From assembly GCA_050251055.1 (NCBI GenBank), contig JBFWNL010000010.1:1-64000 (forward strand): a DNA stretch of 64,000 nt, in the 5' to 3' direction. The stretch is from Bacteriovoracia bacterium. Its GTDB lineage: Bacteria > Bdellovibrionota > UBA1018 > JBFWNL01. Position numbers and translations under genes: made by a program. A model generated the notes under the pieces. The model ran no database searches, was not told where the DNA came from, and saw only the letters and a program-made list of their open reading frames with translations. How positions within the stretch are numbered: position 1 is the first letter of the stretch; every line of letters starts with the position of its first letter. This document shows positions 9,169 to 18,012 of this stretch, piece by piece.

Positions 9169-12100
9169 TTTTCCTCCAATTTTTCTCGTAAAGTTTCGGA
9201 CGAAACAGGTTGAACAAAACGTTCCGCCGACTTCCGACCAAATCGGAAGAAAACAGCGGGCGTAACTAGAATATCCAACAAGGTGGACGAAAGCAGGCCC
9301 CCGACGATCACGATCGCGACGGGATGAAGTATTTCCTTCCCCGACTGGTCCTTCGCGAGCACCAGCGGCGTAAGCGCCAGAATCGCCGAAAATGCCGTCA
9401 TCAATACCGGCACTAGGCGCTCGATCGAACCCCGGGTAATCATTTCACGGGAAAACTTCTCCCCTTCCTCCTTCATCAAGTGAAGGTAATGACTGATCAT
9501 CAGCACCCCATTTCGACTGGCGATGCCACAAAGGGCGACAAACGCGATAAGGGTAGCTACCGAAAAGGTTCGGTCGGTGATCAGAATCGCCACCACCGCA
9601 CCAATCAGCGCGAGCGGGATATTGGCCATCACCTGGGCCGCGATCATCGCCGATTTGAAATGCAGGAACAGCACGAGGAAAATAGCGAGCAGCGAAAGCG
9701 CGCCCAGGAGCACCACCCGACGGGTGGCCTCGCGCTGGCTCTCATACTGGCCGCCCACGTGATGGAAATACCCCTCCACGGGCTTTACCTCGCGTGCGAT
9801 CCGCGCCTTTGCTTCCGTGACCACAGACGCCAGATCCCGGCCGGTAGTCCGGCTATCCACGTTAAACGAAACCACGATCTTGCGCTGTAGGTTCTCGCGC
9901 TCGACCTGGTTCGGCCCGCTCGTCTCAAAAATGTCGGTGACCTCATCCAAAGGCACGACTTGGCCGGTAGGCAGCACGTGAGCGGGCAGCTCCTTGATGC
10001 GATCGATGCTGGCACGCGACGCTTCGTCCAACCGTAAATAAACATCGAGATATCGATCGTCCTCAATGATGCGGGTCACGGGCACCCCCTGCAGCATGGC
10101 TTCGAGATTGTCGATCAGCTCGCCAGGGATGATCCCGTATTTCGCTAGATCCGGTCGCATCGCGTAGATCTTATACTGCGGAAATAGCGTTTGACCTTCG
10201 ACGCGTAAATCCACCACTCCCGGCACTTCGCGGATGGCGTTACGGATTTCCGCCGCCTGTTGGCGAAGTACGCGTAAATCGGGTCCGAAAACCTTGATCG
10301 CCACCTGCGATTTTACTCCCGAAAGCAAGTAATCCAGTCGGTGAGTGATCGGCTGGGTAAGCCCGATAAACGCGTCGGGGGGAATGACCGCTTGCGCGCG
10401 CGCACGTAGATCGGCGAATACCTCAGCGCGCGAGCGCTTCGATGGCCGGAGCGCGATTTCGATTTCGGTGAGATTCACGCCCCCTCCGTGATCATCTTCC
10501 TCCGCCCGGCCCGTGCGCCGGGCCGTCGACCTCACTTCCGGCACTTCGAGCAAGGCCTTCTCGACCGTCACCGCAATCTCGTTCGAAGCCGGCAAAGAGA
10601 TGCCGGCCTTCGTTCCGAGTTCCAACATAGCGCTGCCCTCATTAAAAGAGGGCAAGAAGTTGCGCCCCAAAAAAGGAACCGCGCACAAGGCAAGCAACGC
10701 GACGGCCAACGCGCCTACGATCACCCGCTGGGGGTGGCTCAATGTACGCTCAAGCACGCGTCGGTGCCAACCTTTCAGGCGCTGGACTAACGCGGTCTCG
10801 CGCTCGGATCCCAAATGACCCTTCCGCAAAAGATAGTAGCAAAGGACGGGAGTCAACGTGAGGGACACCAAAAGCGACGCCAAGAGCGAGATCACGTAGG
10901 CGATACCGATGGGCGTGAAGATGCGCCCTTCAATTCCTGACAACGCAAACAAGGGAAAGAACACCAAAATCACGATCAAGGTGGAGAGTACGACCGAATT
11001 TCTCACCTCACTACAGGCCTCGAAGATAATCCGCCACAGGCTGCGTCCGTCGGGTTTCGCCCGGCTTTCTCGAAAGCGGCGAAAAACATTCTCAACGTCG
11101 ACGATCGCATCGTCCACGAGCTCGCCCATCGCGATCGCAAGCCCTCCTAGCGTCATCGTGTTCACGCCAATGCCGAACCAATGAAAGATGATCGCGGTGA
11201 CGAGAAGCGAAACCGGAATGGCCGTCAGCGTGATGACCGTCGCCCGTAAATTCAGCAAGAAAAGCATCAACACGAGTGCGACCATGATGGATCCGTCGCG
11301 CAAAGCTTCTTCGACATTATGAATGGCGGCCTGGATAAAGTCCGCCTGACGGAACAGATCGGGGTGGATCACCACCCCGGAAGGAGCGACGGCCTGGATC
11401 TCTTTCAGCACGTCGTCGATCCTCGCGGTGAGATCGACAGTATCCGTACCCGGTTGCTTCTGCACCAGCAGGATTACGCCTGCCCGCCCAGAAATCGAAG
11501 CGTCGCCACGCTTCGGCGCGGGCGCAAACTTCACCTCCGCGACGTCTTTCAACAGCACGGGATAGCCACGATGCAAGCCGATCGGGGTGTTCGGAATTTC
11601 TTCGTGGTTCAAGATACGGCCGAAGTTTCGGATCAGCCACTCTCGCTTGCCATCCTCCAAGAAACCGCCGCCCGAGGCCTCGGAGAGATGCGCCAGCTTC
11701 GCCCGCAGCTCTTGGATGGTAATCTGCCGCTTGCGCAATTTTTCCGCGTTCACCAAAATCTGAACCTGCAGCTGGTCACCCCCGATGATGATGACTTGGG
11801 AGACGCCCGAGATCGTAAGTAAGCGTGGCCGCAGCGTCCAATCAGCGAGCGTGCGCAGGTCGCCGCCGGACACTTTTCCCTCGGGACTGGATAGCCCGAT
11901 CATCTGGATCTCGCCCATGATCGACGATGTAGGAGAGAGAAACGGCTCGACGCCCGCCGGCATGCGGGCCTTGGCGAGCTGAAGGCGCTCGGACACCGCC
12001 AACCGGGCGAATCGCAGGTCGGTACCCCAGTCGAATTCGACGCGTACGACCGATATCCCCGTGACGGAGGAAGAATAAATTTTACTCACCCCCGGCGCGC

Positions 12101-12329
12101 CGTTGAGCACCGACTCGACGGGACGCGTAACGACCACCTCCACCTCTTCGGGCGCCATTCCCTCCACCGGCGTGAGCACGTTCACCGTGGGACGGTTCAT
12201 GTCGGGAAACACGTCCACGGGAAGTTCCCGCAATGTGTAGCTGCCGTAAACGACGACGAGCGCGGTCAGCGCGATCACCAACAAACGGTGACGTAACGAA
12301 TAACTAATGATGGAATCCAGCATAGGCAC
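9165..12329 (-). CDS. Heavy-metal efflux RND permease, CusA/CzcA family
   Basis: 1054 aa; LPVDVFPD, GELVDDAIVDVEN, RLVPVLMTA, HPVAIVIVGGL. Confidence 0.95.
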   Translation of the reverse strand: MPMLDSIISYSLRHRLLVIALTALVVVYGSYTLRELPVDVFPDMNRPTVNVLTPVEGMAPEEVEVVVTRPVESVLNGAPGVSKIYSSSVTGISVVRVEFDWGTDLRFARLAVSERLQLAKARMPAGVEPFLSPTSSIMGEIQMIGLSSPEGKVSGGDLRTLADWTLRPRLLTISGVSQVIIIGGDQLQVQILVNAEKLRKRQITIQELRAKLAHLSEASGGGFLEDGKREWLIRNFGRILNHEEIPNTPIGLHRGYPVLLKDVAEVKFAPAPKRGDASISGRAGVILLVQKQPGTDTVDLTARIDDVLKEIQAVAPSGVVIHPDLFRQADFIQAAIHNVEEALRDGSIMVALVLMLFLLNLRATVITLTAIPVSLLVTAIIFHWFGIGVNTMTLGGLAIAMGELVDDAIVDVENVFRRFRESRAKPDGRSLWRIIFEACSEVRNSVVLSTLIVILVFFPLFALSGIEGRIFTPIGIAYVISLLASLLVSLTLTPVLCYYLLRKGHLGSERETALVQRLKGWHRRVLERTLSHPQRVIVGALAVALLALCAVPFLGRNFLPSFNEGSAMLELGTKAGISLPASNEIAVTVEKALLEVPEVRSTARRTGRAEEDDHGGGVNLTEIEIALRPSKRSRAEVFADLRARAQAVIPPDAFIGLTQPITHRLDYLLSGVKSQVAIKVFGPDLRVLRQQAAEIRNAIREVPGVVDLRVEGQTLFPQYKIYAMRPDLAKYGIIPGELIDNLEAMLQGVPVTRIIEDDRYLDVYLRLDEASRASIDRIKELPAHVLPTGQVVPLDEVTDIFETSGPNQVERENLQRKIVVSFNVDSRTTGRDLASVVTEAKARIAREVKPVEGYFHHVGGQYESQREATRRVVLLGALSLLAIFLVLFLHFKSAMIAAQVMANIPLALIGAVVAILITDRTFSVATLIAFVALCGIASRNGVLMISHYLHLMKEEGEKFSREMITRGSIERLVPVLMTAFSAILALTPLVLAKDQSGKEILHPVAIVIVGGLLSSTLLDILVTPAVFFRFGRKSAERFVQPVSSETLREKLEEK

Positions 12330-12374
12330 CTAAAGCCAAATCAGTTCACTGCGAAACAAAAATCCGTAGCGGAA

Positions 12375-12719
12375 TTAGGCAATAGGCGGACGGTAAGGAA
12401 GGGCGTCGCGCGGGTCGCTCGGGAAGGCCGGCGCCACCGGCGGCAAGGACTCGAGCACGGCCGGCATGATCAGGGGCTTTACCTGGCGGGGGTTCAACGT
12501 GGGTGAGGCGTGACAGCGCGGACAATTATCGCACCGGCAAGGCGCCGATTGATCGCACTCGGACGCAGCGGAAAGCGTATCCCCGGCCGAGGTCTCAGCC
12601 GCGTGGCAGGTCGACACCGACGGAGCGGCTGAATGCGCCACTTCGCAAGCACTGGACCAGCTAGCCAGCCCGTTCAGAAAGAACGAAACGGCGGCCAGGA
12701 TGGGGAAGAATCTGCGCAT
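12375..12719 (-). CDS. Cys/His-rich leader protein, CzcI/DUF2946-like, ending YRPPIA
   Basis: Start re-called at MRRFFPILAA; hydrophobic N-terminus, CH and CRCDNCPRCH cluster, Pro-rich C-terminus with RPP; directly upstream of the RND gene. Confidence 0.55.
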   Translation of the reverse strand: MRRFFPILAAVSFFLNGLASWSSACEVAHSAAPSVSTCHAAETSAGDTLSAASECDQSAPCRCDNCPRCHASPTLNPRQVKPLIMPAVLESLPPVAPAFPSDPRDALPYRPPIA

Positions 12720-12829
12720 GACGAAAGCATAACGATCGCCTACCCAATCGTCAACGTAGGATCGATGTTTCCCATAAATATGCGAACTCCTCCATCGACT
12801 AACCGGTGAGGCGGACATATAGGAAGGTC

Positions 12830-13534
12830 ATGGCGCAGGACTTCTCTCTATTCGACTCCAGGAATTACCCCACCGTGTCCGTGACCGAAGGTTACGCGAA
12901 GTGGGCGCAGATCTATGAGCGTGACTTCGACTCGGCGCTCGACCAAGAGCTCTTCGGGCGAATCACTTCGGTGCCTTGGCGGGAATTGCAAACCGCGGCG
13001 GACCTCGCTTGCGGCACCGGCCGCACCGGGGCCTGGCTGCACGCCCACGGAGTAGCGACGCTCGACGGCGTCGATCTCACCCCCGAGATGATGGAACGCG
13101 CCCAAACCCGCGGGATTTACCGATCGCTCAAACTCGAGGACATTCGCCGCACTTCCCTGCCTATGGCCGCTTATGATCTAGTCATCAACTCACTGGCCTC
13201 CGAACATCTAGAAACGCTCGCGCCGTTGTTCTCGGAGGCGCGCCGCCTCGCCCGGCCCGGAGGGTATTTCGTAATTTTGGGCTACCACCCGCATTTCATG
13301 TTGCGAGGAATCCCCACCCACTTCGACGACCCCCAAACCCAAGCCCCGATCGCCATCCGCGGCCACGTGCATTTATTAAGCGACTTCATAAAGGCCGGCC
13401 GGGAAACCGGCTGGAAGCCACTTGAGCTCGACGAGAAAGTAGTGGATCCTGAATGGGCGGAAAGAAATCCCGGCATGAAAAAACACCTAGGCCACCCCAT
13501 CAGCTTCGTCGGAGTTTTCCAGTCATCATGTTAA
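12830..13534 (+). CDS. Class I SAM-dependent methyltransferase
   Basis: Motif I ADLACGTG, GVDLTPEM, RLARPGG; start after AGGAAGG. Confidence 0.88.
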   Translation: MAQDFSLFDSRNYPTVSVTEGYAKWAQIYERDFDSALDQELFGRITSVPWRELQTAADLACGTGRTGAWLHAHGVATLDGVDLTPEMMERAQTRGIYRSLKLEDIRRTSLPMAAYDLVINSLASEHLETLAPLFSEARRLARPGGYFVILGYHPHFMLRGIPTHFDDPQTQAPIAIRGHVHLLSDFIKAGRETGWKPLELDEKVVDPEWAERNPGMKKHLGHPISFVGVFQSSC

Positions 13535-13977
13535 AGCCACGCATCATCGTCATCGTTTTCGGTCTAACTTTCTCGCTTGCGCCGGGTCCACAGCTATTTT
13601 CTGTTTCAGAAATCGCATTCGCCGCGCCGAAGAAAACTACGAAGAGCGCAAAAAAAATCACCAAAAAAGACGCCGACCGTGCCTGGAGAAAATTCATCCG
13701 GACCCTTAAGTCGGAGAACGAGGTGAAGATCCGCAACGCCACGAGCCCCGATGTTTACGGGCGGATGACCCTGCTTTGGAACGGTAGCGACCCGATCGGA
13801 AAGTTCCTCAAGACGTTAGCCGAATCCTGGGAAGCCTTGGGCGTGGAGTGGGAAGAGCACAATCGCCGCGTGCTTCGTGGCAAGCTGGGCGGAAAAAGCA
13901 CGTCGGCCACGACCGTTATCTTCCGGCGCAACGGTAAGTCCTGGCAATTACAGAGCTGGGACGGACCTGCCAAGTAG
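13528..13977 (+). CDS. Hypothetical exported protein
   Basis: Hydrophobic N-terminus followed by Lys-rich segment; overlaps the methyltransferase stop. Confidence 0.5.
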   Translation: MLKPRIIVIVFGLTFSLAPGPQLFSVSEIAFAAPKKTTKSAKKITKKDADRAWRKFIRTLKSENEVKIRNATSPDVYGRMTLLWNGSDPIGKFLKTLAESWEALGVEWEEHNRRVLRGKLGGKSTSATTVIFRRNGKSWQLQSWDGPAK

Positions 13978-14169
13978 TTCGACAGGGGTTCCTCGATTCA
14001 GCTCGCTTATATCGACGAGTAAATCACGCCTCGGGCGCCGACGCGTAATTTCGCGCTGACCGACCAAACTCCGGGCATCGTCCAGGAGATGTTCAGGTGT
14101 TTTTCGACGCAGGTCACGCGCGCCCCATCCGCTTTCGTTGATTTCACTGGGAATTCACCTCAACAGTTG

Positions 14170-14185
14170 TGGCCCCGTCCTTGCG
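14170..14185 (+). promoter_or_regulatory. Putative sigma-54 (-24/-12) promoter of the lytic transglycosylase
   Basis: TGGCCCCGTCCTTGCG = GG-N10-GC with TGGC and TTGC cores, about 35 bp upstream of ATG 14218. Confidence 0.5.
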
Positions 14186-14217
14186 ATCTATCTAGCCCGG
14201 GTGGTTTGGAGGGGAAC

Positions 14218-14928
14218 ATGGGTCGTTACGGGGCTATTCTCATTATATTGTCGTTCGGTTTTCTGGGCACGATCAGCGGACAGCTCTCCGGCAAATCGGA
14301 GCAATCCCTGGCCGAAGTCCTGATGGATTTCTCCTATCCGTCGGCCACGGTGCAAGCTTCGGTGCCGCACGCCCGGGAAGTCTTAGGAGAAGTATATTCA
14401 CGCGGGATCGCCCAACTCGACGAAGCGCACGGCTTGATCGTCGCTCAACTCAAGAAAGAGTGGGCGAACACGCCTTGGGCCATCCACATTCAGGCCGTCG
14501 CCGCCGAGATCAGCCGGTCGGCCAAACGCTACAACTTCGACCCCTTGTTGATCTTGGCGCTCATCAAGAACGAAAGCCGACTGCACATCAACGCCCGTGG
14601 CAATGCCGGTGAGATCGGCCTCATGCAGATCTTGCCGAACACCGCCGCGTGGATCGCCGGCCGCAAGAAAATCTACCTGGCCGACGCCGACCAGCTCTAT
14701 GATCCCGTGGTCAATATCCAGATCGGCACGGCGTATCTGAATTATCTACGCCAGAAGTTCGATTCGCATAGCGGACACTATCTCGCGGCCTATAACATGG
14801 GCGCGGGCAACCTATACCGCGCGCTCAAGAACAACCTGCAGCCGCGCGCCTACCTCGGCAAGGTGATGGAGCACTACATCGAGCTGTACCGCCAGATCGC
14901 CGGCCCGATGCAGATCGCGGCGCAGTAA
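14218..14928 (+). CDS. Lytic transglycosylase (SLT domain)
   Basis: LALIKNES (catalytic Glu), GLMQILPNTA, AAYNMG; N-terminal TM/signal; GGAGG RBS. Confidence 0.9.
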   Translation: MGRYGAILIILSFGFLGTISGQLSGKSEQSLAEVLMDFSYPSATVQASVPHAREVLGEVYSRGIAQLDEAHGLIVAQLKKEWANTPWAIHIQAVAAEISRSAKRYNFDPLLILALIKNESRLHINARGNAGEIGLMQILPNTAAWIAGRKKIYLADADQLYDPVVNIQIGTAYLNYLRQKFDSHSGHYLAAYNMGAGNLYRALKNNLQPRAYLGKVMEHYIELYRQIAGPMQIAAQ

Positions 14929-14938
14929 CCTTAGGGCA

Positions 14939-15601
14939 CTACCGGGGGCGCCAGCCGCGGCGCATATCGCAGGTATTGTAGTCGTGCAGGCGCTTGGCGG
15001 CGTCAAATCCCAGAACTTCGACGTACACGCATCCGCCGATGCTGGAAACACGCTCGAACTTTTCGCTTAACCCATTCGTGTCCACCCAGCCGCCAATGCT
15101 TCCATCGGGAGAGGCGTTGAAATGAAGCGTGTTAAAGAAAATCTTATGCTCGTGATTGATCGCGAAGACCACGAGCTGACCGCCCGCGACGATGCCCGAC
15201 ACAATCGAGACTAGGCCACCGAAACTACGGAGGACAGGTTCGCGCATCCGCGGCGAGGAGATGCTCGCTCGCAATTCGCGGCCCACCAGCTCCAAAACGA
15301 TGCTCGTGTCGCCGATCATAAAGATATCGCCCAATCCACCCGCTTCCCCTTCGGTCAGAATGGGTTGCTGGCCTATTGAATTGAGGCGCGTGTTCAGCGC
15401 ATCCAGATCATTCACGAGACTGGCCCGCACTTCCGGGGTCAGGCGGTGCTTCATACGGGCATAGCGGAACTTAAAGCGCATGACCGAGCTCGCGAGCTCG
15501 GAGGCTTTCTGCTCTACCCGGTCCTCTGGGCCCGATGCCCCCGCGACCGACATCGTGAACAGACTGCTTACGAGAAGCGTGGAAATGTAATTCGTTTTCA
15601 T
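14939..15601 (-). CDS. Hypothetical exported protein
   Basis: MKTNYISTLLVSSLFTMSVAGA signal peptide after AAGGAG. Confidence 0.55.
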   Translation of the reverse strand: MKTNYISTLLVSSLFTMSVAGASGPEDRVEQKASELASSVMRFKFRYARMKHRLTPEVRASLVNDLDALNTRLNSIGQQPILTEGEAGGLGDIFMIGDTSIVLELVGRELRASISSPRMREPVLRSFGGLVSIVSGIVAGGQLVVFAINHEHKIFFNTLHFNASPDGSIGGWVDTNGLSEKFERVSSIGGCVYVEVLGFDAAKRLHDYNTCDMRRGWRPR

Positions 15602-15727
15602 GGCGAAGCTCCTTTTCGTTGCGCACCTCATAACGCTATACGTCATTATCTCGCCAGAACTACCTTACAGGTCCGCGCGATAACGTACGCAAGGGTGGGT
15701 GCAGGAAACGGCTGAGTAAGGGGGTTC

Positions 15728-15764
15728 TTGACAAAGTTTAATATTTCTATTATTCTAGAAATAT
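15728..15764 (+). promoter_or_regulatory. Sigma-70 promoter overlapped by an inverted repeat (ArsR operator)
   Basis: TTGACA 15728-15733, 17 bp spacer, TATTCT 15751-15756; ATATTTCTA-N6-TAGAAATAT at 15741-15764. Confidence 0.7.
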
Positions 15765-16086
15765 GGAAATGCTTGATGCCCTCGAAGCGTTTGCTTCCTT
15801 ATCGCAGGAGACCCGGCTTCGCGTCTTTAAGCTACTGATTGAATACGGCGACGACGGGCGATTGCCGGGAAAAATCGCCGGGGCGCTCAAGATTCCGGAC
15901 AATACGCTCTCTTTCCATCTCTCCCATATGAGCAAAGCGGGGCTCGTGACCTCCAAGAAGGAAGGCCGCTCGATCACCTACTATGCGAATTGCGAGTTAA
16001 TCGAAGACCTCATTGGATTCATGCAGAAAAACTGCTGCGTGCGGCAGAAGACTAAACCTAGAAGCTGCGCCTCGAAAGTTTGTTGA
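15763..16086 (+). CDS. arsR: ArsR/SmtB repressor with C-terminal Cys metal site
   Basis: LSQETRLRVF, NTLSFHL, GRSITY, C-terminal NCC...C. Confidence 0.9.
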   Translation: MEMLDALEAFASLSQETRLRVFKLLIEYGDDGRLPGKIAGALKIPDNTLSFHLSHMSKAGLVTSKKEGRSITYYANCELIEDLIGFMQKNCCVRQKTKPRSCASKVC

Positions 16087-16087
16087 T

Positions 16088-16492
16088 ATGAAAATTCTCT
16101 TTATGTGCGTGGCCAACTCGGCCAGAAGTCAACTGGCGGAAGGACTTGCAAAAAAATTCTTTCCGGACGCGGAAATCCAAAGCGCGGGCTCTCACCCTGG
16201 AAAATTGAATCCCTACGCGGTCGCCGTCATGAAAGAGATCGGCGTGGATATCTCTCGGCAATATTCGAAGTCGGTCGATGAATTGCCGCCTCCGTTTATC
16301 GTCGAACTGAATCATGTCATCACGCTTTGCGCGGAAGAGGTGTGCCCCACGCTGCTTTCCCGGGCGAAAAAACACCACTGGCCCTTCCCGGATCCGGCCA
16401 CGAAAGAACCCCTTCCTGAAGCTGAAGCTTTATCGCGCTTTCGCGAAGCCAGGGACGCCATCGCCGCCCGGCTGCGGGAATTCAAACCCTAA
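16088..16492 (+). CDS. arsC: Arsenate reductase, LMW-PTP/thioredoxin type
   Basis: ILFMCVANSARSQLAE P-loop; CAEEVCP; HWPFPDP. Confidence 0.92.
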   Translation: MKILFMCVANSARSQLAEGLAKKFFPDAEIQSAGSHPGKLNPYAVAVMKEIGVDISRQYSKSVDELPPPFIVELNHVITLCAEEVCPTLLSRAKKHHWPFPDPATKEPLPEAEALSRFREARDAIAARLREFKP

Positions 16493-16521
16493 TGCCAACC
16501 GGGCGAGAACTTGGAGCCAGT

Positions 16522-17187
16522 ATGAAAATCACCACTTCCACCTTCCAGATGCTGCTGGCGGAATTTCTGGGGACCGCAGGATTATTAATCGTGGTCGTGG
16601 GCTCCGGAATCATGGGTGAAACACTCGCCGGCGGAAACCAAGCGATCGCGCTCCTAGCCAACTCCTTGGCGACGGGGGCTGGTCTTTACGCCCTCATTCA
16701 AACCTTCGGACCAGTCTCGGGTGCGCACTTCAATCCCGCGGTAAGCTTCGTGGAGTTTCTTTGGCGGCGCCTCACTTTAAGAAACCTAGGGTTGTACTCC
16801 GTGGCGCAAGTGCTGGGTGCCCTCGCCGGAGTTGGTCTCACCCATTTTATTTTCGGCTTCCCGCTATTTCAACTCTCCCGCCATGATCGTGGAGAAGTCC
16901 GTTTGTTCACTTCGGAAGTCATCGCCACCCTAGGGTTGATTCTCGTGATCGCGCTCTCCGGAAGAAAAAATGTCCACGCGACCCCCATGGCGGTTGCTTT
17001 CTATATTACGGCCGCTTACTGGTGCACCTCCTCCACTTCCTTCGCCAATCCGGCGGTAACGATTGCTCGCAGCTTCACCGACACGTTTTCGGGAATTCTT
17101 TGGACCGGCGCCCCCGGCTTCATCGCCGCGCAGCTCTTCGGCGCCACCTTAGCGTTCAACTTGACTCGTGTTTTTTCGGAAAAATGA
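16522..17187 (+). CDS. MIP-family aquaporin, AqpS-like arsenite channel
   Basis: SGAHFNPAVS and TSFANPAVT NPA boxes; located in the ars operon. Confidence 0.9.
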   Translation: MKITTSTFQMLLAEFLGTAGLLIVVVGSGIMGETLAGGNQAIALLANSLATGAGLYALIQTFGPVSGAHFNPAVSFVEFLWRRLTLRNLGLYSVAQVLGALAGVGLTHFIFGFPLFQLSRHDRGEVRLFTSEVIATLGLILVIALSGRKNVHATPMAVAFYITAAYWCTSSTSFANPAVTIARSFTDTFSGILWTGAPGFIAAQLFGATLAFNLTRVFSEK

Positions 17188-17321
17188 ATCAACACTACGG
17201 CCCTGAAATAGAGGGATTCTCGGTTCGCTTACGCATTTGATAAGCAACCACTTAAAATTTGATCCGAATATTGACTGATGACTCATTGCGTTATATTTAA
17301 CGCTTCGAACAAGGAGTCCTC

Positions 17322-17756
17322 ATGAAAATTTTAATGCTAACATTGGTGGCCACGGCTTCGTTCAATGCAAATGCTTATGAATGCGTGGTGCAATCCATGA
17401 AGCCTAAAGTTTTTGAAGAAAAATCTTACAAAGTAGGTCCCGGCGACTCAATTCAAATTAAAGATTTGCGAGTCGGAACGATTCAATCTGACGATTCCGG
17501 AAAGTACCGCGACGCTTTTTGGCTCAACGCCGATGTGAGCTGCCCCGAGACAGGAAAGTGTTCATTCGTAGGTCGAATTCGTCGAACCGCTTTAGAATGG
17601 GTTGGCGGCAAGGAGCACTACCTGGGTTGGGGTGATGGAACTCTCGCAGTTAAGGTCGAGCAAAATTTTTGGGCGGGTGAATCGGTTAAGCGGGTCCAAG
17701 ACATCCTAATGACCAACGGTGAGGATAACGGCATTCTGCGCGTGAAGTGCCAATAA
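17322..17756 (+). CDS. Hypothetical exported protein
   Basis: AAGGAG RBS, signal peptide ending ANA, four Cys; visibly AT-richer than neighbours. Confidence 0.6.
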   Translation: MKILMLTLVATASFNANAYECVVQSMKPKVFEEKSYKVGPGDSIQIKDLRVGTIQSDDSGKYRDAFWLNADVSCPETGKCSFVGRIRRTALEWVGGKEHYLGWGDGTLAVKVEQNFWAGESVKRVQDILMTNGEDNGILRVKCQ

Positions 17757-17824
17757 GCAAACTTTGTGGAGTATTTGCGCCCGCCGGTTTTCAAGTCCTG
17801 ACGCAAGGTGCGGCGACTGCAAAA

Positions 17825-17901
17825 TGGTGGGCCCACTAGGACTTGAACCTAGGACCAATCGGTTATGAGCCGACCGCTCTAACCAGCTGAGCTATGGGCC
17901 C
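17825..17901 (-). tRNA. tRNA with CAT anticodon, most likely tRNA-Ile2 (lysidine)
   Basis: Reverse complement folds as a cloverleaf: GGGCCCA/TGGGCCC acceptor stem, GTCGG-CTCATAA-CCGAT anticodon arm, TTCAAGT T-loop, encoded CCA; lacks initiator features. Confidence 0.93.
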
Positions 17902-17951
17902 ACGCCCAGAAAAAGTATGACAAAGCCCGAAGAAGCGCAAATACGGAGTTT

Positions 17952-17992
17952 AAAAAAACCGCCGCGCCGAGGGATCCCCCCGGACGCGGCGG
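17952..17992 (-). terminator. Rho-independent terminator
   Basis: CCGCCGCG/CGCGGCGG stem followed by a 7-T run on the minus strand, just after the stop at 18013. Confidence 0.65.
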
Positions 17993-18012
17993 AAGCGTTA
18001 CTTAGATAAAGA

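Noticed and set aside
4500-17825. Intact integrative element at the tRNA
   Set aside because: No integrase or transposase, and no duplicate of the tRNA 3' end found by eye
17825-17901. Calling the tRNA initiator tRNA-fMet
   Set aside because: It has a paired G1-C72 and lacks three consecutive G-C pairs in the anticodon stem; Ile2 is preferred, though elongator Met is not fully excluded
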